Shown here piece after piece: positions 36,031 through 45,811 of a stretch of 55,223 bases of DNA (its first letter is position 1; the number at the start of each line of letters is the position of its first letter). Position numbers and translations under genes: made by a program. The notes under the pieces are model-generated. The model saw nothing but the letters and a program-made list of their open reading frames with translations. It was not told the origin of the DNA and did no database searches. The stretch comes from Candidatus Nanoarchaeia archaeon (GTDB taxonomy: Archaea; Nanobdellota; Nanobdellia; SCGC-AAA011-G17; GW2011-AR18), in the NCBI GenBank assembly GCA_035288845.1, contig DATDZB010000005.1, positions 1 to 55,223 on the forward strand. The letters run 5' to 3'.

Positions 36031-39000
36031 CTATCTTTTTCTTCTAATTACAAAGAACATAACTAAACCAATTATAATTAATAATATAACAACAACTCCA
36101 ATAATAAATTTAAGTTTACTTTCTTTCACAAGTTGTTCTTCAACAAGAGGTTCACTAATAGTTTTGTCTTCAGCTGTAATAACAAAATAACTATTATCTT
36201 CAACATGAACAGTAACTACTAAATCATCTCCATCTATTGTTTCTTCAGTTTCTAATTTATCTCTAGTGCCATCATCATGAACTTGATAGCAGCCAATATT
36301 TACATTAATTAAATCACTAGCAGATAAGCCATCAGGTAGTCTTTGAGTTCTTAAACTCTTTAATGGGATTCTGAATACTAAATCCATTTGCTCAACCAAT
36401 TCTTCTTCAGTTTCATTTGGCAATTCAACTTCATAAATTAAAACATTTCCATTAAATTCATCAGCTAATTCTTGTAAAGAACTTTTATCTGAATCAGGAA
36501 CTTGATCTATACTTGAATATTGATTAAGATTTACATTTATTTCTTTTCCATCTACAGTAACATCTAAACTAGACCCATCTTCAAAACTTTCTTTAACAGA
36601 AGTACTTGAAGTTGTTTGAGTTGTACTACTTGATGAACTACTAGAAGTTCCTCTTCCTGTAGCTGCTCCACCTCCAGCACCAGAACCTCCACCTGAACTT
36701 CCTGAACTGGTTGAAGAAGCAACTGCTTTCATAGCAACAGCTGCATAAGTATTGTAAGTAGTTAAAGAAGGAATAGAACCAATTGCAGTAACAATATCTG
36801 AAGTAGTGTTCAATCTCAAATTATTTCCAGTTGATTCCCATCCACTATTATATCTTGCAACAACAATATCAGATTCAACAAAATCTGAAGTTAATAAAGT
36901 TGAATTATAATAAATTGTTAAGTTTTGTAAATCTGGATTAGTAGTTAAATTATTAATAACAACTAAATTAGAAACTAATTGACAAGTGAATCCAGAAACA
37001 CAAGTAGTAGTTCCTGTACTTTCAGTAGTTGCATTTGTTGTTCTTAAACTTACATTTGAAGAATTGGCGAAACTTAAATTTAAGAAATCAGTCTCTAAAA
37101 CATTATGTTCTATAAGAACATTCATTAAAAAAGAATTGGTACTTAAATTAAATATTGGAATAAAAGGTGATTGTAAATTAAAGTAGTTTCTTGCAGTAAA
37201 ATTTGCAACAGAACTATTAAGATAAATTTGAAGGGCATTATTAGTAAGATTATTAGAAGATAAGTTGCTAGAAAAACTTCTATCAAAAAGAACCCCAATT
37301 GTGTTATTAAGAGCAATATTCGAAGAAATAATACTTGTATTAGAACTTACTAAATAAATTCCGTAGCTACCATTAATTGCTGTATTGTTTGTAATATTTA
37401 CAGAATTACTTGTATTGACAACAAGATTATTGGTATTGTTTGTAAGTAAACCGTTATCATAAACCGTCAATGAATTTGAATTGAAAATATGAATTCCTGA
37501 AGCTAAACCATTTGTATGATTGTAAACAGTGTTAGCAAAAATTCTAGCGCTAGAAAAACCGTTTGTGAATATTCCTGAACCAGAATTATTAAAAAGAGTG
37601 TTAGAGTAAACAGATCCCAAAAGTGCACGAATAGTAATACCATTCCTAGAATTACTATGTATTGTATTTCTACTTATATTAAGATCATATGCACCATCAT
37701 CAACAATAGCTGCCCCTTCATTTTGCCATATTGAATTATTATAAATAAGTACAGAAGAAGCATTAGCCAGATTTATACCATTGCCATTTCCTGCTCCAGC
37801 TGAATTAGTAAAACTAATATTATTTGAACTTATATTATTTCTTGAGTCACTTACAGAAAATATTCCATCAGATAAACTTATACTAATATTGTTGTTTGCA
37901 ATAAAAATTGAATTAGTTTCTACAGTGTGTATGCCTCTAGTATTATTTATAAGAGTATTATTTGTAATATTACCTAAATGAGAAGAATCATAAAATATTC
38001 CATCAGTAGTATTAGTAATAAAATTATCAGAAACGTATGAATTATTAAAAGAACCAACATCAAGAAAATAAATTCCTGCCCCAGTAGTACCTCTACTCCC
38101 ATAAATTATATTTGAAGTTATATTAACAATACCAGGGAACCATGTACTAATTGCAGTAGTAACAGCAATTCCAGCACGAATATTAGTAAAAACACTATTA
38201 TTAGCAATTAAAGTATCGGGATGAGCGTCGTTACCTTGAACATTAATTCCATAAATTGTAAAGTTAAAGATTGTATTTCCTTCAATTCTATTTGGTATAT
38301 TAGTTCCTGCAGCAATACTAGATTGAACAACAACACCATAACTAGTTCTATTATAACCGTTAATAGTATTTGAAGTTATGTTTGTATTTTTACTCGCAAT
38401 ATTCACACACATGTTTGTACAGTTAAAAATATTATTTCCAATTATTGTAATATTTTCTGCTGCACTGCCCGTGTTTATACCTTGAGAAAAAGAAGCAGAA
38501 AAATTATGAAGAACATTATAACTAATATTTGCAACACCATCAACTATTTGTATACCTAAATAGATAAAATTAAAAGTATTATTAAAAATAACTGCATCTC
38601 GTTGACGACCATTTATATTAATACCTTGTGCATTATTACTATCATTAAAAAAAGTATTATAACTTATATTGGTATTATTTGGTTGTGCTAAAATAACACC
38701 AAAACTATCAAAACCAGTAAAAGTATTATTAGCAATAGTTACATTACCAGTTGGAGTAGCGAAGTTAATATTAGTATCAAATCCTCTAAAATTACAATTT
38801 TTAATAGTAATATTTCCAAAGGCAGTTGCGTTATTAAGGAAAACAGCAGTTGAGGATAGACCTGTAGTATCTGTAACATTAAAAGTATTACAATCTAAAA
38901 CAGAATTGTTTGCCCAAATAAAGAAACAAGTAGTATTTACTCCTGTATTCATATGATCTGTCAATTGATAAGTATCTCCAGTAGATAAGTTAGCACATCC

Positions 39001-39090
39001 ATTTATAGCAACAAGAGCATTGCTTTGATGAGAAAGAAATAATAAGGATAATAGAACTATAGCTGCAAACACGATCTTTTTTAATTGCAT
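36031..39090 (-). CDS. Parallel beta-helix (NosD/pectin-lyase-like) surface glycoprotein with C-terminal TM anchor
   Basis: Signal peptide; repeated I.NN.I/F motifs; many NxS/T sequons; Ser/Gly linker; PGF-pre-PGF-like domain; TM plus RRKR. Confidence 0.85.
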   Translation of the reverse strand: MQLKKIVFAAIVLLSLLFLSHQSNALVAINGCANLSTGDTYQLTDHMNTGVNTTCFFIWANNSVLDCNTFNVTDTTGLSSTAVFLNNATAFGNITIKNCNFRGFDTNINFATPTGNVTIANNTFTGFDSFGVILAQPNNTNISYNTFFNDSNNAQGININGRQRDAVIFNNTFNFIYLGIQIVDGVANISYNVLHNFSASFSQGINTGSAAENITIIGNNIFNCTNMCVNIASKNTNITSNTINGYNRTSYGVVVQSSIAAGTNIPNRIEGNTIFNFTIYGINVQGNDAHPDTLIANNSVFTNIRAGIAVTTAISTWFPGIVNITSNIIYGSRGTTGAGIYFLDVGSFNNSYVSDNFITNTTDGIFYDSSHLGNITNNTLINNTRGIHTVETNSIFIANNNISISLSDGIFSVSDSRNNISSNNISFTNSAGAGNGNGINLANASSVLIYNNSIWQNEGAAIVDDGAYDLNISRNTIHSNSRNGITIRALLGSVYSNTLFNNSGSGIFTNGFSSARIFANTVYNHTNGLASGIHIFNSNSLTVYDNGLLTNNTNNLVVNTSNSVNITNNTAINGSYGIYLVSSNTSIISSNIALNNTIGVLFDRSFSSNLSSNNLTNNALQIYLNSSVANFTARNYFNLQSPFIPIFNLSTNSFLMNVLIEHNVLETDFLNLSFANSSNVSLRTTNATTESTGTTTCVSGFTCQLVSNLVVINNLTTNPDLQNLTIYYNSTLLTSDFVESDIVVARYNSGWESTGNNLRLNTTSDIVTAIGSIPSLTTYNTYAAVAMKAVASSTSSGSSGGGSGAGGGAATGRGTSSSSSSSTTQTTSSTSVKESFEDGSSLDVTVDGKEINVNLNQYSSIDQVPDSDKSSLQELADEFNGNVLIYEVELPNETEEELVEQMDLVFRIPLKSLRTQRLPDGLSASDLINVNIGCYQVHDDGTRDKLETEETIDGDDLVVTVHVEDNSYFVITAEDKTISEPLVEEQLVKESKLKFIIGVVVILLIIIGLVMFFVIRRKR

Positions 39091-39185
39091 AAAAGTATAA
39101 ATTACAAGTTCTATTTAAATATATTTCGTTAAAAATAAGGGGCATTAAACGATAGGTTTTAATATTTATCCCCCTCACTATATTT

Positions 39186-39695
39186 ATGTCAAAACCATAC
39201 TCATTAGCTTTAATTTTGGCTGCTGCAGCATGTTCTAATAATCCAGAATCTATTGCTACAAAGGTTGAAAATTCTACAAATATATCACAAGAAAGACAAA
39301 CTGGAAAGTTAGATATAAGTGAAGAAAAATCTAAAAGAGATTTAATAAATATCTACGAATCACAATTAGTTGGTGCACAAATAACCTATTTAATAGATGA
39401 AGGATATAATGTACAAGTACCTAGAAGTTTATCTGAAGGAGATTCAATTTGTTTAATGGATGGAAAATTATGGTTTAGACCCAACGAAGATTTAAATAGT
39501 TTATATCCATTAAGAGGGGTATTAAGTGAAATAGGTAAAAGACCTTTTAGAATAGACATAAGAGAAGTAATTAATGGAAATGAGATAGGATGTTACGTTG
39601 CTGGAGCTTTAGGTGGAGGACCAGCTAGAGGTTATATAGCTCCACCGATTAGAAAAGATTCACAAAAAAAAGTGTCTGGAGCAATTAAAATTTAA
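39186..39695 (+). CDS. Putative lipobox protein (cassette copy 1)
   Basis: MSKPYSLALILAAAA|CS; L.EGDS.C and .CYVAG shared with the 42465 ORF. Confidence 0.7.
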   Translation: MSKPYSLALILAAAACSNNPESIATKVENSTNISQERQTGKLDISEEKSKRDLINIYESQLVGAQITYLIDEGYNVQVPRSLSEGDSICLMDGKLWFRPNEDLNSLYPLRGVLSEIGKRPFRIDIREVINGNEIGCYVAGALGGGPARGYIAPPIRKDSQKKVSGAIKI

Positions 39696-39783
39696 TTTTT
39701 TTCTTTAATAAAAAACTAGACCAAAAATAATTAAAAGAGAAATGTTTGAATAAAAATTTATAAGCATATCTTTTATTAAGAAT

Positions 39784-42336
39784 CTATCTTTTTCTTCTAA
39801 TTACAAAGAACATAACTAAACCAATTATAATTAATAATATAACAACAATTAAAATAATAAATTTAAGTTTACTTTCTTTCACAAGTTGTTCTTCAACAAC
39901 TTCTTTAGTAATAACTTCTCTGTCTTCAGCTGTAATAACAAAGTAACTATTATCTTCAACATGAACAGTAACTATTAAATCGTCTCCATCTATTGTTTCT
40001 TCAGTTTCTAATTTATCTCTAGTTCCATCATCATGTACTTGATAGCAACCAATACTAACAGATTCAACATCAATAGGTGCTAAACCATCAGGGAATTTAA
40101 TAGTTTTTAAACTTCTTAATGGAATTCTAAATACTAAATTCATTTCATTAACTAATTCTTCTGCAGTTTCATTTGGTAATTCAACTTCATAAATTAAAAC
40201 ATTCCCATTAAATTCATCAGCTAATTCTTGTAAAGATTCTTTATCTGAATCTGGAACACTATCAATATTAGAATATTGATTAAGATTTACATTTATTTCT
40301 TTTCCATTTACTGTAACATCTAAACTAGACCCATCATCAAAATTTTCTTTAACAGAAGTTGTTTGTGTTGTAGAACTGCTTGTGCTTGTTGAATCACTAG
40401 AAGATCCGCTTCCTGTAGTTCCTCCACCACCAGATCCAGAACTGCCGCCAGTGCCTGAGCCACTAGAAGATCCGCTTCCTGTAGTTTTAATTACAACTGC
40501 CGCATATACAGCTGAATAATCATCTAAAGATCCCAATAAAGTTACATAATTACTGGTGGCATTAACAAAATTAGTTCCTACTTCTCTCCATCCGCCTTCA
40601 TATCTAGCAATCTGTACCTGATTTTCATTAAAATTATTTTCAGTAATTAATGTTTCATTATAATTAAGAGTTAAATTAAAAACACCAGGAGTATTTGTAA
40701 CATTATCAATTACAAGTAAATTAGATATAAGTTGACAAGTATATCCAGCAGCTTGACAATTAGTTGCACTCACACCTTCTTCATTTGTATTATTAGTAAC
40801 TCTTAAACTTACATTCGAAGAATTGAAAAAAGTTAAATTCAAAACATCTACACTTTCTATAATATCTGAAATATAATTAATTGTAAGCAAACTAGACCTA
40901 TTGGTTAAATTAATAATCTGACTAATAGAATTATTATATCTCTCAAAGTAATTTCTTCCAAATAAAGTAAGATTAGAACTATTTAAATAAATATTAAAAG
41001 TATTATTACTTAAGTTATTTAAAGAAAAATTTGTAGCAAATGAATCTCTAGAGAAAAGAGAATAATTATTTCTAAGAAGAGTATTGTTCTTTAAAATATT
41101 TAAAGAGGAATTAAAGAAATAAATTCCATAAGTATTATTGAAAATAGTATTATTTGTGAGATTTACATTATTAGAAGCATTAATTAAAACCCCATAAGTA
41201 TTATTTGCTATTAAAGCATTATCGTAAATAAAAGTATTATTTAAAATAGTACCAAGTTTATCTCCACCGAAATTTGTAAGATATCCATTTATAAATATTC
41301 CAGCACCAGGATTTCCATAACTACCATAAATCCTATTTCCAGTTATATTTGTTACACCAGTGAAATAAGTTTCAATTGTAGTATCAATACCAATATTTGC
41401 CCAATAATTTGAATAGATATTATTATTATAAATAAAATTATCGGGATGAGCATCATTACCACGAACATTAATTCCATACGCTGAACAATTAGTTATTGTA
41501 TTTCCTTCAACTCTAGTGGGATAAATAGTTCCAGTAGTAACACTAGGTTGAATAATTATACAATGAACAGTTTGGTTAAAACCATCAAAAGTGTTTAAAG
41601 TAATATTTGTATTTCTGCTATTAACATTTATACAAGAAGCACCTCCGCTCCAAGTACAATTGAAAAAAGTATTTCCTATAACTGTAACGTTTTCTGCACT
41701 ACTTGCAAGAGCTAGTTGTTCAGATACGCCACTAGAAAAAAAGTTATAACTTACATTTGCTATTCCATTATTAATTTGTACTCCAGCAGTACTGTGATTA
41801 AAAGTATTATTGAATATTAAAGCATCTCGTTGTCTTCCATTTATATTTAAAAGTGTTGAACCACTATTATTATAAAAAGTGTTATAACTTATGTTAGTAT
41901 TATTTGCTTGTACTAAAGTCATAATAGTTGAGAATTCACCACGATGATGATTAAAAGTGTTATTAGCAATAGTTACATTTCCACTTGCAGTAACAAAGTT
42001 AATAGTTTGATAAAAATTTCTAAAATTACAATTCATAATAGTAATATTACCAAAAACTGTTGCATTATTTAATTGAATACCAATATCATTTGTTGATCCT
42101 CCAGGAAGACCAAAATTATCACTTACATTAAAACCGTTACAATCTAAAACAGAATTATTAGAATAAACCCAGAAACAAACAGAACTTATATTAGAACTAA
42201 TATTTTGTGTTAATTGATAGGTATCTCCAGTAGATAAGTTAGTACAGCCATTAATAGCAACTAAAGCATTACTTGGCTGAAATATAAATAATAAAGATAA
42301 TAGAATTATAAATACAAGCACGATCTTTTTTAACAT
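39784..42336 (-). CDS. Parallel beta-helix surface glycoprotein, paralogue
   Basis: Same architecture as 36031-39090, with a shorter helix and near-identical C-terminal ~200 aa. Confidence 0.85.
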   Translation of the reverse strand: MLKKIVLVFIILLSLLFIFQPSNALVAINGCTNLSTGDTYQLTQNISSNISSVCFWVYSNNSVLDCNGFNVSDNFGLPGGSTNDIGIQLNNATVFGNITIMNCNFRNFYQTINFVTASGNVTIANNTFNHHRGEFSTIMTLVQANNTNISYNTFYNNSGSTLLNINGRQRDALIFNNTFNHSTAGVQINNGIANVSYNFFSSGVSEQLALASSAENVTVIGNTFFNCTWSGGASCINVNSRNTNITLNTFDGFNQTVHCIIIQPSVTTGTIYPTRVEGNTITNCSAYGINVRGNDAHPDNFIYNNNIYSNYWANIGIDTTIETYFTGVTNITGNRIYGSYGNPGAGIFINGYLTNFGGDKLGTILNNTFIYDNALIANNTYGVLINASNNVNLTNNTIFNNTYGIYFFNSSLNILKNNTLLRNNYSLFSRDSFATNFSLNNLSNNTFNIYLNSSNLTLFGRNYFERYNNSISQIINLTNRSSLLTINYISDIIESVDVLNLTFFNSSNVSLRVTNNTNEEGVSATNCQAAGYTCQLISNLLVIDNVTNTPGVFNLTLNYNETLITENNFNENQVQIARYEGGWREVGTNFVNATSNYVTLLGSLDDYSAVYAAVVIKTTGSGSSSGSGTGGSSGSGGGGTTGSGSSSDSTSTSSSTTQTTSVKENFDDGSSLDVTVNGKEINVNLNQYSNIDSVPDSDKESLQELADEFNGNVLIYEVELPNETAEELVNEMNLVFRIPLRSLKTIKFPDGLAPIDVESVSIGCYQVHDDGTRDKLETEETIDGDDLIVTVHVEDNSYFVITAEDREVITKEVVEEQLVKESKLKFIILIVVILLIIIGLVMFFVIRRKR

Positions 42337-42464
42337 AAAATCTAATTTGAATTTCTTATTTAAATATATTTCGCTAAAATAAAATTAAAATTATTAAAAA
42401 TAATGAGAAATTTAGGGCTATTTTCAATCGTAAGGTTTTAATATTTATCTATCTAATATATACT

Positions 42465-42905
42465 ATGGAAAGACCAAACTTAGCTTTAGTAGCTTTAGCG
42501 TTAGCAGCATGTAGTCCTGAGTCTACTGAGAATAATACAAGTGCAAAAGATATTTCTAATTTAGCTCAAGAAAGAGGAAATAATTTTACTCCAAAATCAG
42601 TTGTAGTAGTAAATTATTTAAGAGGAGTAAATATTAATTATTTAGTGGGTAATGCAGGATATGAAGTAGCAGTTAACTATACACTTAGAGAAGGAGATTC
42701 ACTTTGTAATTTAGGAGAAAAAAATACTGTTTATTTTGTTCCAAGAAACACAAAACAACGTTACGTGTTAACTGACTCAGTTCTACCAGGAAACCAACCA
42801 ACACCGCAAGAATGTTATGTGGCTGGCAATATACCGCGAAACATTAGAAGAATTCCTAAGGGAAAACCGAGTATGGTAGCAACTGGCAAAACAACAAGAA
42901 TTTAA
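42465..42905 (+). CDS. Putative lipobox protein (cassette copy 2)
   Basis: MERPNLALVALALAA|CS canonical lipobox. Confidence 0.72.
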   Translation: MERPNLALVALALAACSPESTENNTSAKDISNLAQERGNNFTPKSVVVVNYLRGVNINYLVGNAGYEVAVNYTLREGDSLCNLGEKNTVYFVPRNTKQRYVLTDSVLPGNQPTPQECYVAGNIPRNIRRIPKGKPSMVATGKTTRI

Positions 42906-43315
42906 TTTTTTTCTTTAATAAAATAAAACAACAACAAACCTATTCCTATAATAATAAAAGAATCTGCTAAATTAAAAACATACCAAAATCCTAAATCAAT
43001 AAAATCAACCACAAAACCATGAATAATTCTATCTAATAAATTACCAAAAGCACCAGCTAAAATAAAATTCCAAGCAATATTATATTTATCATATTTCTTA
43101 TAAAAATAAAAAACTAAACCAATAATAATTAAACTAAAAATAATAAAAAATAAATTATTACCTTGAAATAAACCAAAAGTCACACCTGTATTTTCAATAT
43201 AATTAAAAGAAAAATATTTGAATAAAAAAATACTTTTTCCAAAGAAATAAAATTTAGTTAATTGATCAATTAATAAGAGTAGAATAATAAACAATAAGTT
43301 TCTAACATATTTCAT
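42902..43315 (-). CDS. lspA: Lipoprotein signal peptidase (signal peptidase II)
   Basis: DQLTK, NTGVTFG, GAFGNLLDRI, VVDFI and FNLAD with both catalytic Asp. Confidence 0.93.
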   Translation of the reverse strand: MKYVRNLLFIILLLLIDQLTKFYFFGKSIFLFKYFSFNYIENTGVTFGLFQGNNLFFIIFSLIIIGLVFYFYKKYDKYNIAWNFILAGAFGNLLDRIIHGFVVDFIDLGFWYVFNLADSFIIIGIGLLLFYFIKEKN

Positions 43316-43623
43316 TGATTCTCCTTAGCTACTTTTTCTATAAATTCTAGCCTTTTATCAATCTCCTCTAATTTGTCTTTAACTTCATCTAATCTTTTAA
43401 TAATTTCAGAATTATCTTGTCTATTCTCAATTGGAAGTTGTCTGTTTAAAATGTCAGGTCTAAATTCTTCATGTAATCTACGCTTATCAAAATCATTTTC
43501 AAATGCAGGTTTAAAATCATTATCACCTAAATCTTCTTCTACATTTGAATCTAAAGTCTCTTCAAAATTACCAGAATCATCTTCACTTTCTTTTTTTCTT
43601 TTAAAAAAACCAAATATACCCAT
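43312..43623 (-). CDS. Hypothetical acidic protein with C-terminal coiled coil
   Basis: Start reset to MGIFGFFKRKK; IIKRLDEVKDKLEEIDKRL heptads. Confidence 0.75.
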   Translation of the reverse strand: MGIFGFFKRKKESEDDSGNFEETLDSNVEEDLGDNDFKPAFENDFDKRRLHEEFRPDILNRQLPIENRQDNSEIIKRLDEVKDKLEEIDKRLEFIEKVAKENQ

Positions 43624-43669
43624 TACAAAAATTTTAAATACGTCAGGATATAAATATCTTTTGATATAA

Positions 43670-45253
43670 ATGAAATCGAAAGAGGTTGTAAGGCAGGAAT
43701 TAGGTAACAAAACAGCTCAGCAGTTTCTAAAAGAGTCTTTGCAAGTTAAAGATATTGAAGTAGTAAAAAAAGAACTAAATGAAACAAAAGGCAAAGATGA
43801 AAAAGAAACTATGCAAAAAAGAATAGGTTTTCTTAAATCAATTATTAAAGATGAAAATTATAAAGAAATAAAAGGAGAAATATTAAGAGAACTAGCTCCT
43901 TTAGTTGAAAAAGTAGATAAAAAAACTTATACTTTAATCTATGATTCATTAAATGAAGGAATAGAACCAATATATTTCTGGGTTCTAGATTTTATGGCAG
44001 ATAGCAAACCCACAGGTCTTAAACTAGATGTTTGGAAAGGTAAAGAAGAATATGAAGCATCTGCTAGTTCAGGATATTTTGGGGAAATGGGACAAAGAAC
44101 AAGTTTAATGCAGCAAAAAGCAATGGAATATTTAGGTGCAATTAATAATGTGATAAAAAGTATTTTAAATTTAATTTATGATTTAAGAGAATTTGAAATG
44201 AGATTAAAACCATATAATGATTTAAAAGATCCAAAGGGAAAAACAGAAGATGAAAAGAAAGAAAATAAACAAGCAGGAAAATTCTCATTAAAGGGAATTT
44301 GGATGGATCAAGTAGATGCAAGAAAAGGAAGAGGAAGTATAAATTTATTAGCTCAAGATTTATCATTTGTAACTCTAAGAGATGCATTTTTCTATGTTGA
44401 AGATATAGAACATATAAACAGATTAGATTTAAATGAAAGAGTAAAAAATATTTTAAAAAGAAAATTAGTAGAATATCAAGCTTGGGAAGAAAATAGCGAA
44501 TTAGAAATAAGAAAAAGATATGAAGTTGAAAAAATTTATTTAAGATCGCAAGTTGGAACTTTAACTTTATATGCTAATTGGGCAAAACCATATTTAGTTG
44601 CAGCACAAAAATTGAAGATGAGAAATCCAACTGCTGAAACATTAAAAAATCCAAACATAGTAGACGCATTCAGTAATATGGAATTAGAACTTAAATTATT
44701 AGGTAAAAGAGAAATAAAACCTGGTGATGTTCACGAATCATATAAAGATATAAAAGTTAAGAAAAAATATTTTTGTATTATAGAAGCAAAAATGAAATTT
44801 AGAAGTTTGCCGTCTTCAGTTTCTGGTCAAGGAGGAAGACATTATGTTCACGGAGGAAGAACTGATATAGAATTTAGTGCATATGGTTTAGATGAAACTG
44901 AACTTGAAGCTTTAGAAACAAAAGAACTTTATGATGACTTATATTTAATAGAAGATTTTGTAGGTGTAAGTTTAAAAAAATTAATTGATGATGTTAAATA
45001 TTTCACAAGTGGACCAGAAATAAAAGAAGAAAAACCTAAACCAAAGAAAAAACAAAGATTATTTGGAGATATAAGACAAGGTTTCAAAGATTTATACGAA
45101 CTGCTAAAAGAAGCAGTTATTCCATTTGAAAAGAAAGATGCTCCAGATATAATAGAAGAAGATATGAAAGCTACTGCAAGAAAAGCAGCAGAAGGAATGA
45201 CTTACTTAATTTACAATCAATATAAAAAACAGCATGGAATGTTATCAACATGA
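43670..45253 (+). CDS. Hypothetical protein (527 aa)
   Basis: Long ORF with host codon use; no function assignable from motifs. Confidence 0.8.
   Translation: MKSKEVVRQELGNKTAQQFLKESLQVKDIEVVKKELNETKGKDEKETMQKRIGFLKSIIKDENYKEIKGEILRELAPLVEKVDKKTYTLIYDSLNEGIEPIYFWVLDFMADSKPTGLKLDVWKGKEEYEASASSGYFGEMGQRTSLMQQKAMEYLGAINNVIKSILNLIYDLREFEMRLKPYNDLKDPKGKTEDEKKENKQAGKFSLKGIWMDQVDARKGRGSINLLAQDLSFVTLRDAFFYVEDIEHINRLDLNERVKNILKRKLVEYQAWEENSELEIRKRYEVEKIYLRSQVGTLTLYANWAKPYLVAAQKLKMRNPTAETLKNPNIVDAFSNMELELKLLGKREIKPGDVHESYKDIKVKKKYFCIIEAKMKFRSLPSSVSGQGGRHYVHGGRTDIEFSAYGLDETELEALETKELYDDLYLIEDFVGVSLKKLIDDVKYFTSGPEIKEEKPKPKKKQRLFGDIRQGFKDLYELLKEAVIPFEKKDAPDIIEEDMKATARKAAEGMTYLIYNQYKKQHGMLST
44698..44727 (+). 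repeat. Exact 30-bp direct repeat, copy 1
   Basis: ATTAGGTAAAAGAGAAATAAAACCTGGTGA, identical to 46636-46665. Confidence 0.9.
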
Positions 45254-45741
45254 AAGATAAAATATTTACTTTAGCAAATTTATTAACATTTAGCAGACTA
45301 GTATTAACATTTATATTTATTTATTTAATTTCTAGAGAACAAATAATTCCAGCAATAATTTGTTTATTGCTTGCAGGTCTGTCAGATTTACTTGATGGTT
45401 ATGTTGCTAGAAAATTAAATCAAGTATCAGAATACGGAAGAATTTTTGATACAGCAGTAGATGGAATATTTTTAACACTAACATCTTTATCACTATTAGC
45501 TTATGATTACATAAATATTGGAATTGTAATTATATTTTTAGTTGGTGGAGCAATAAGATGTTTCAGTTATATTAAAAAAGATAAAATAAGTCCAACAATA
45601 TTTAGTAAGGCAGTAGTAGTTTTAATTTATGCTTTAATGATCTTATCTCTAACAGAAGAAATGATATTTAATCTTGTTAAATGGCCGGTAGCAGGATATC
45701 ATCTAGTAATTTCTTCAATAGATTTATACAGAAAACTATAA
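45250..45741 (+). CDS. CDP-alcohol phosphatidyltransferase (PgsA-like)
   Basis: DLLDGYVARKLNQVSEYGRIFDTAVD signature; ANLLTFSRL. Confidence 0.88.
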   Translation: MKDKIFTLANLLTFSRLVLTFIFIYLISREQIIPAIICLLLAGLSDLLDGYVARKLNQVSEYGRIFDTAVDGIFLTLTSLSLLAYDYINIGIVIIFLVGGAIRCFSYIKKDKISPTIFSKAVVVLIYALMILSLTEEMIFNLVKWPVAGYHLVISSIDLYRKL

Positions 45742-45811
45742 AAATATTTTCTAAGAAAAATTTTACAAATTAATAAAATTTATAAACATTCTCTCTAATA
45801 GTTATTATACC

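Larger units (their letters stand above)
35996..42923. repeat. Tandem duplication of a two-gene cassette (approx. 35996-39713 and 39749-42923)
   Basis: Near-identical downstream/3' segments at offset 3753, similar divergent promoter regions and shared lipoprotein-gene 3' ends. Confidence 0.85.

Noticed and set aside
40395-40486. 26-bp direct repeat
   Set aside because: It encodes the repeated TTGSGSSS low-complexity linker; not a CRISPR or mobile-element signal
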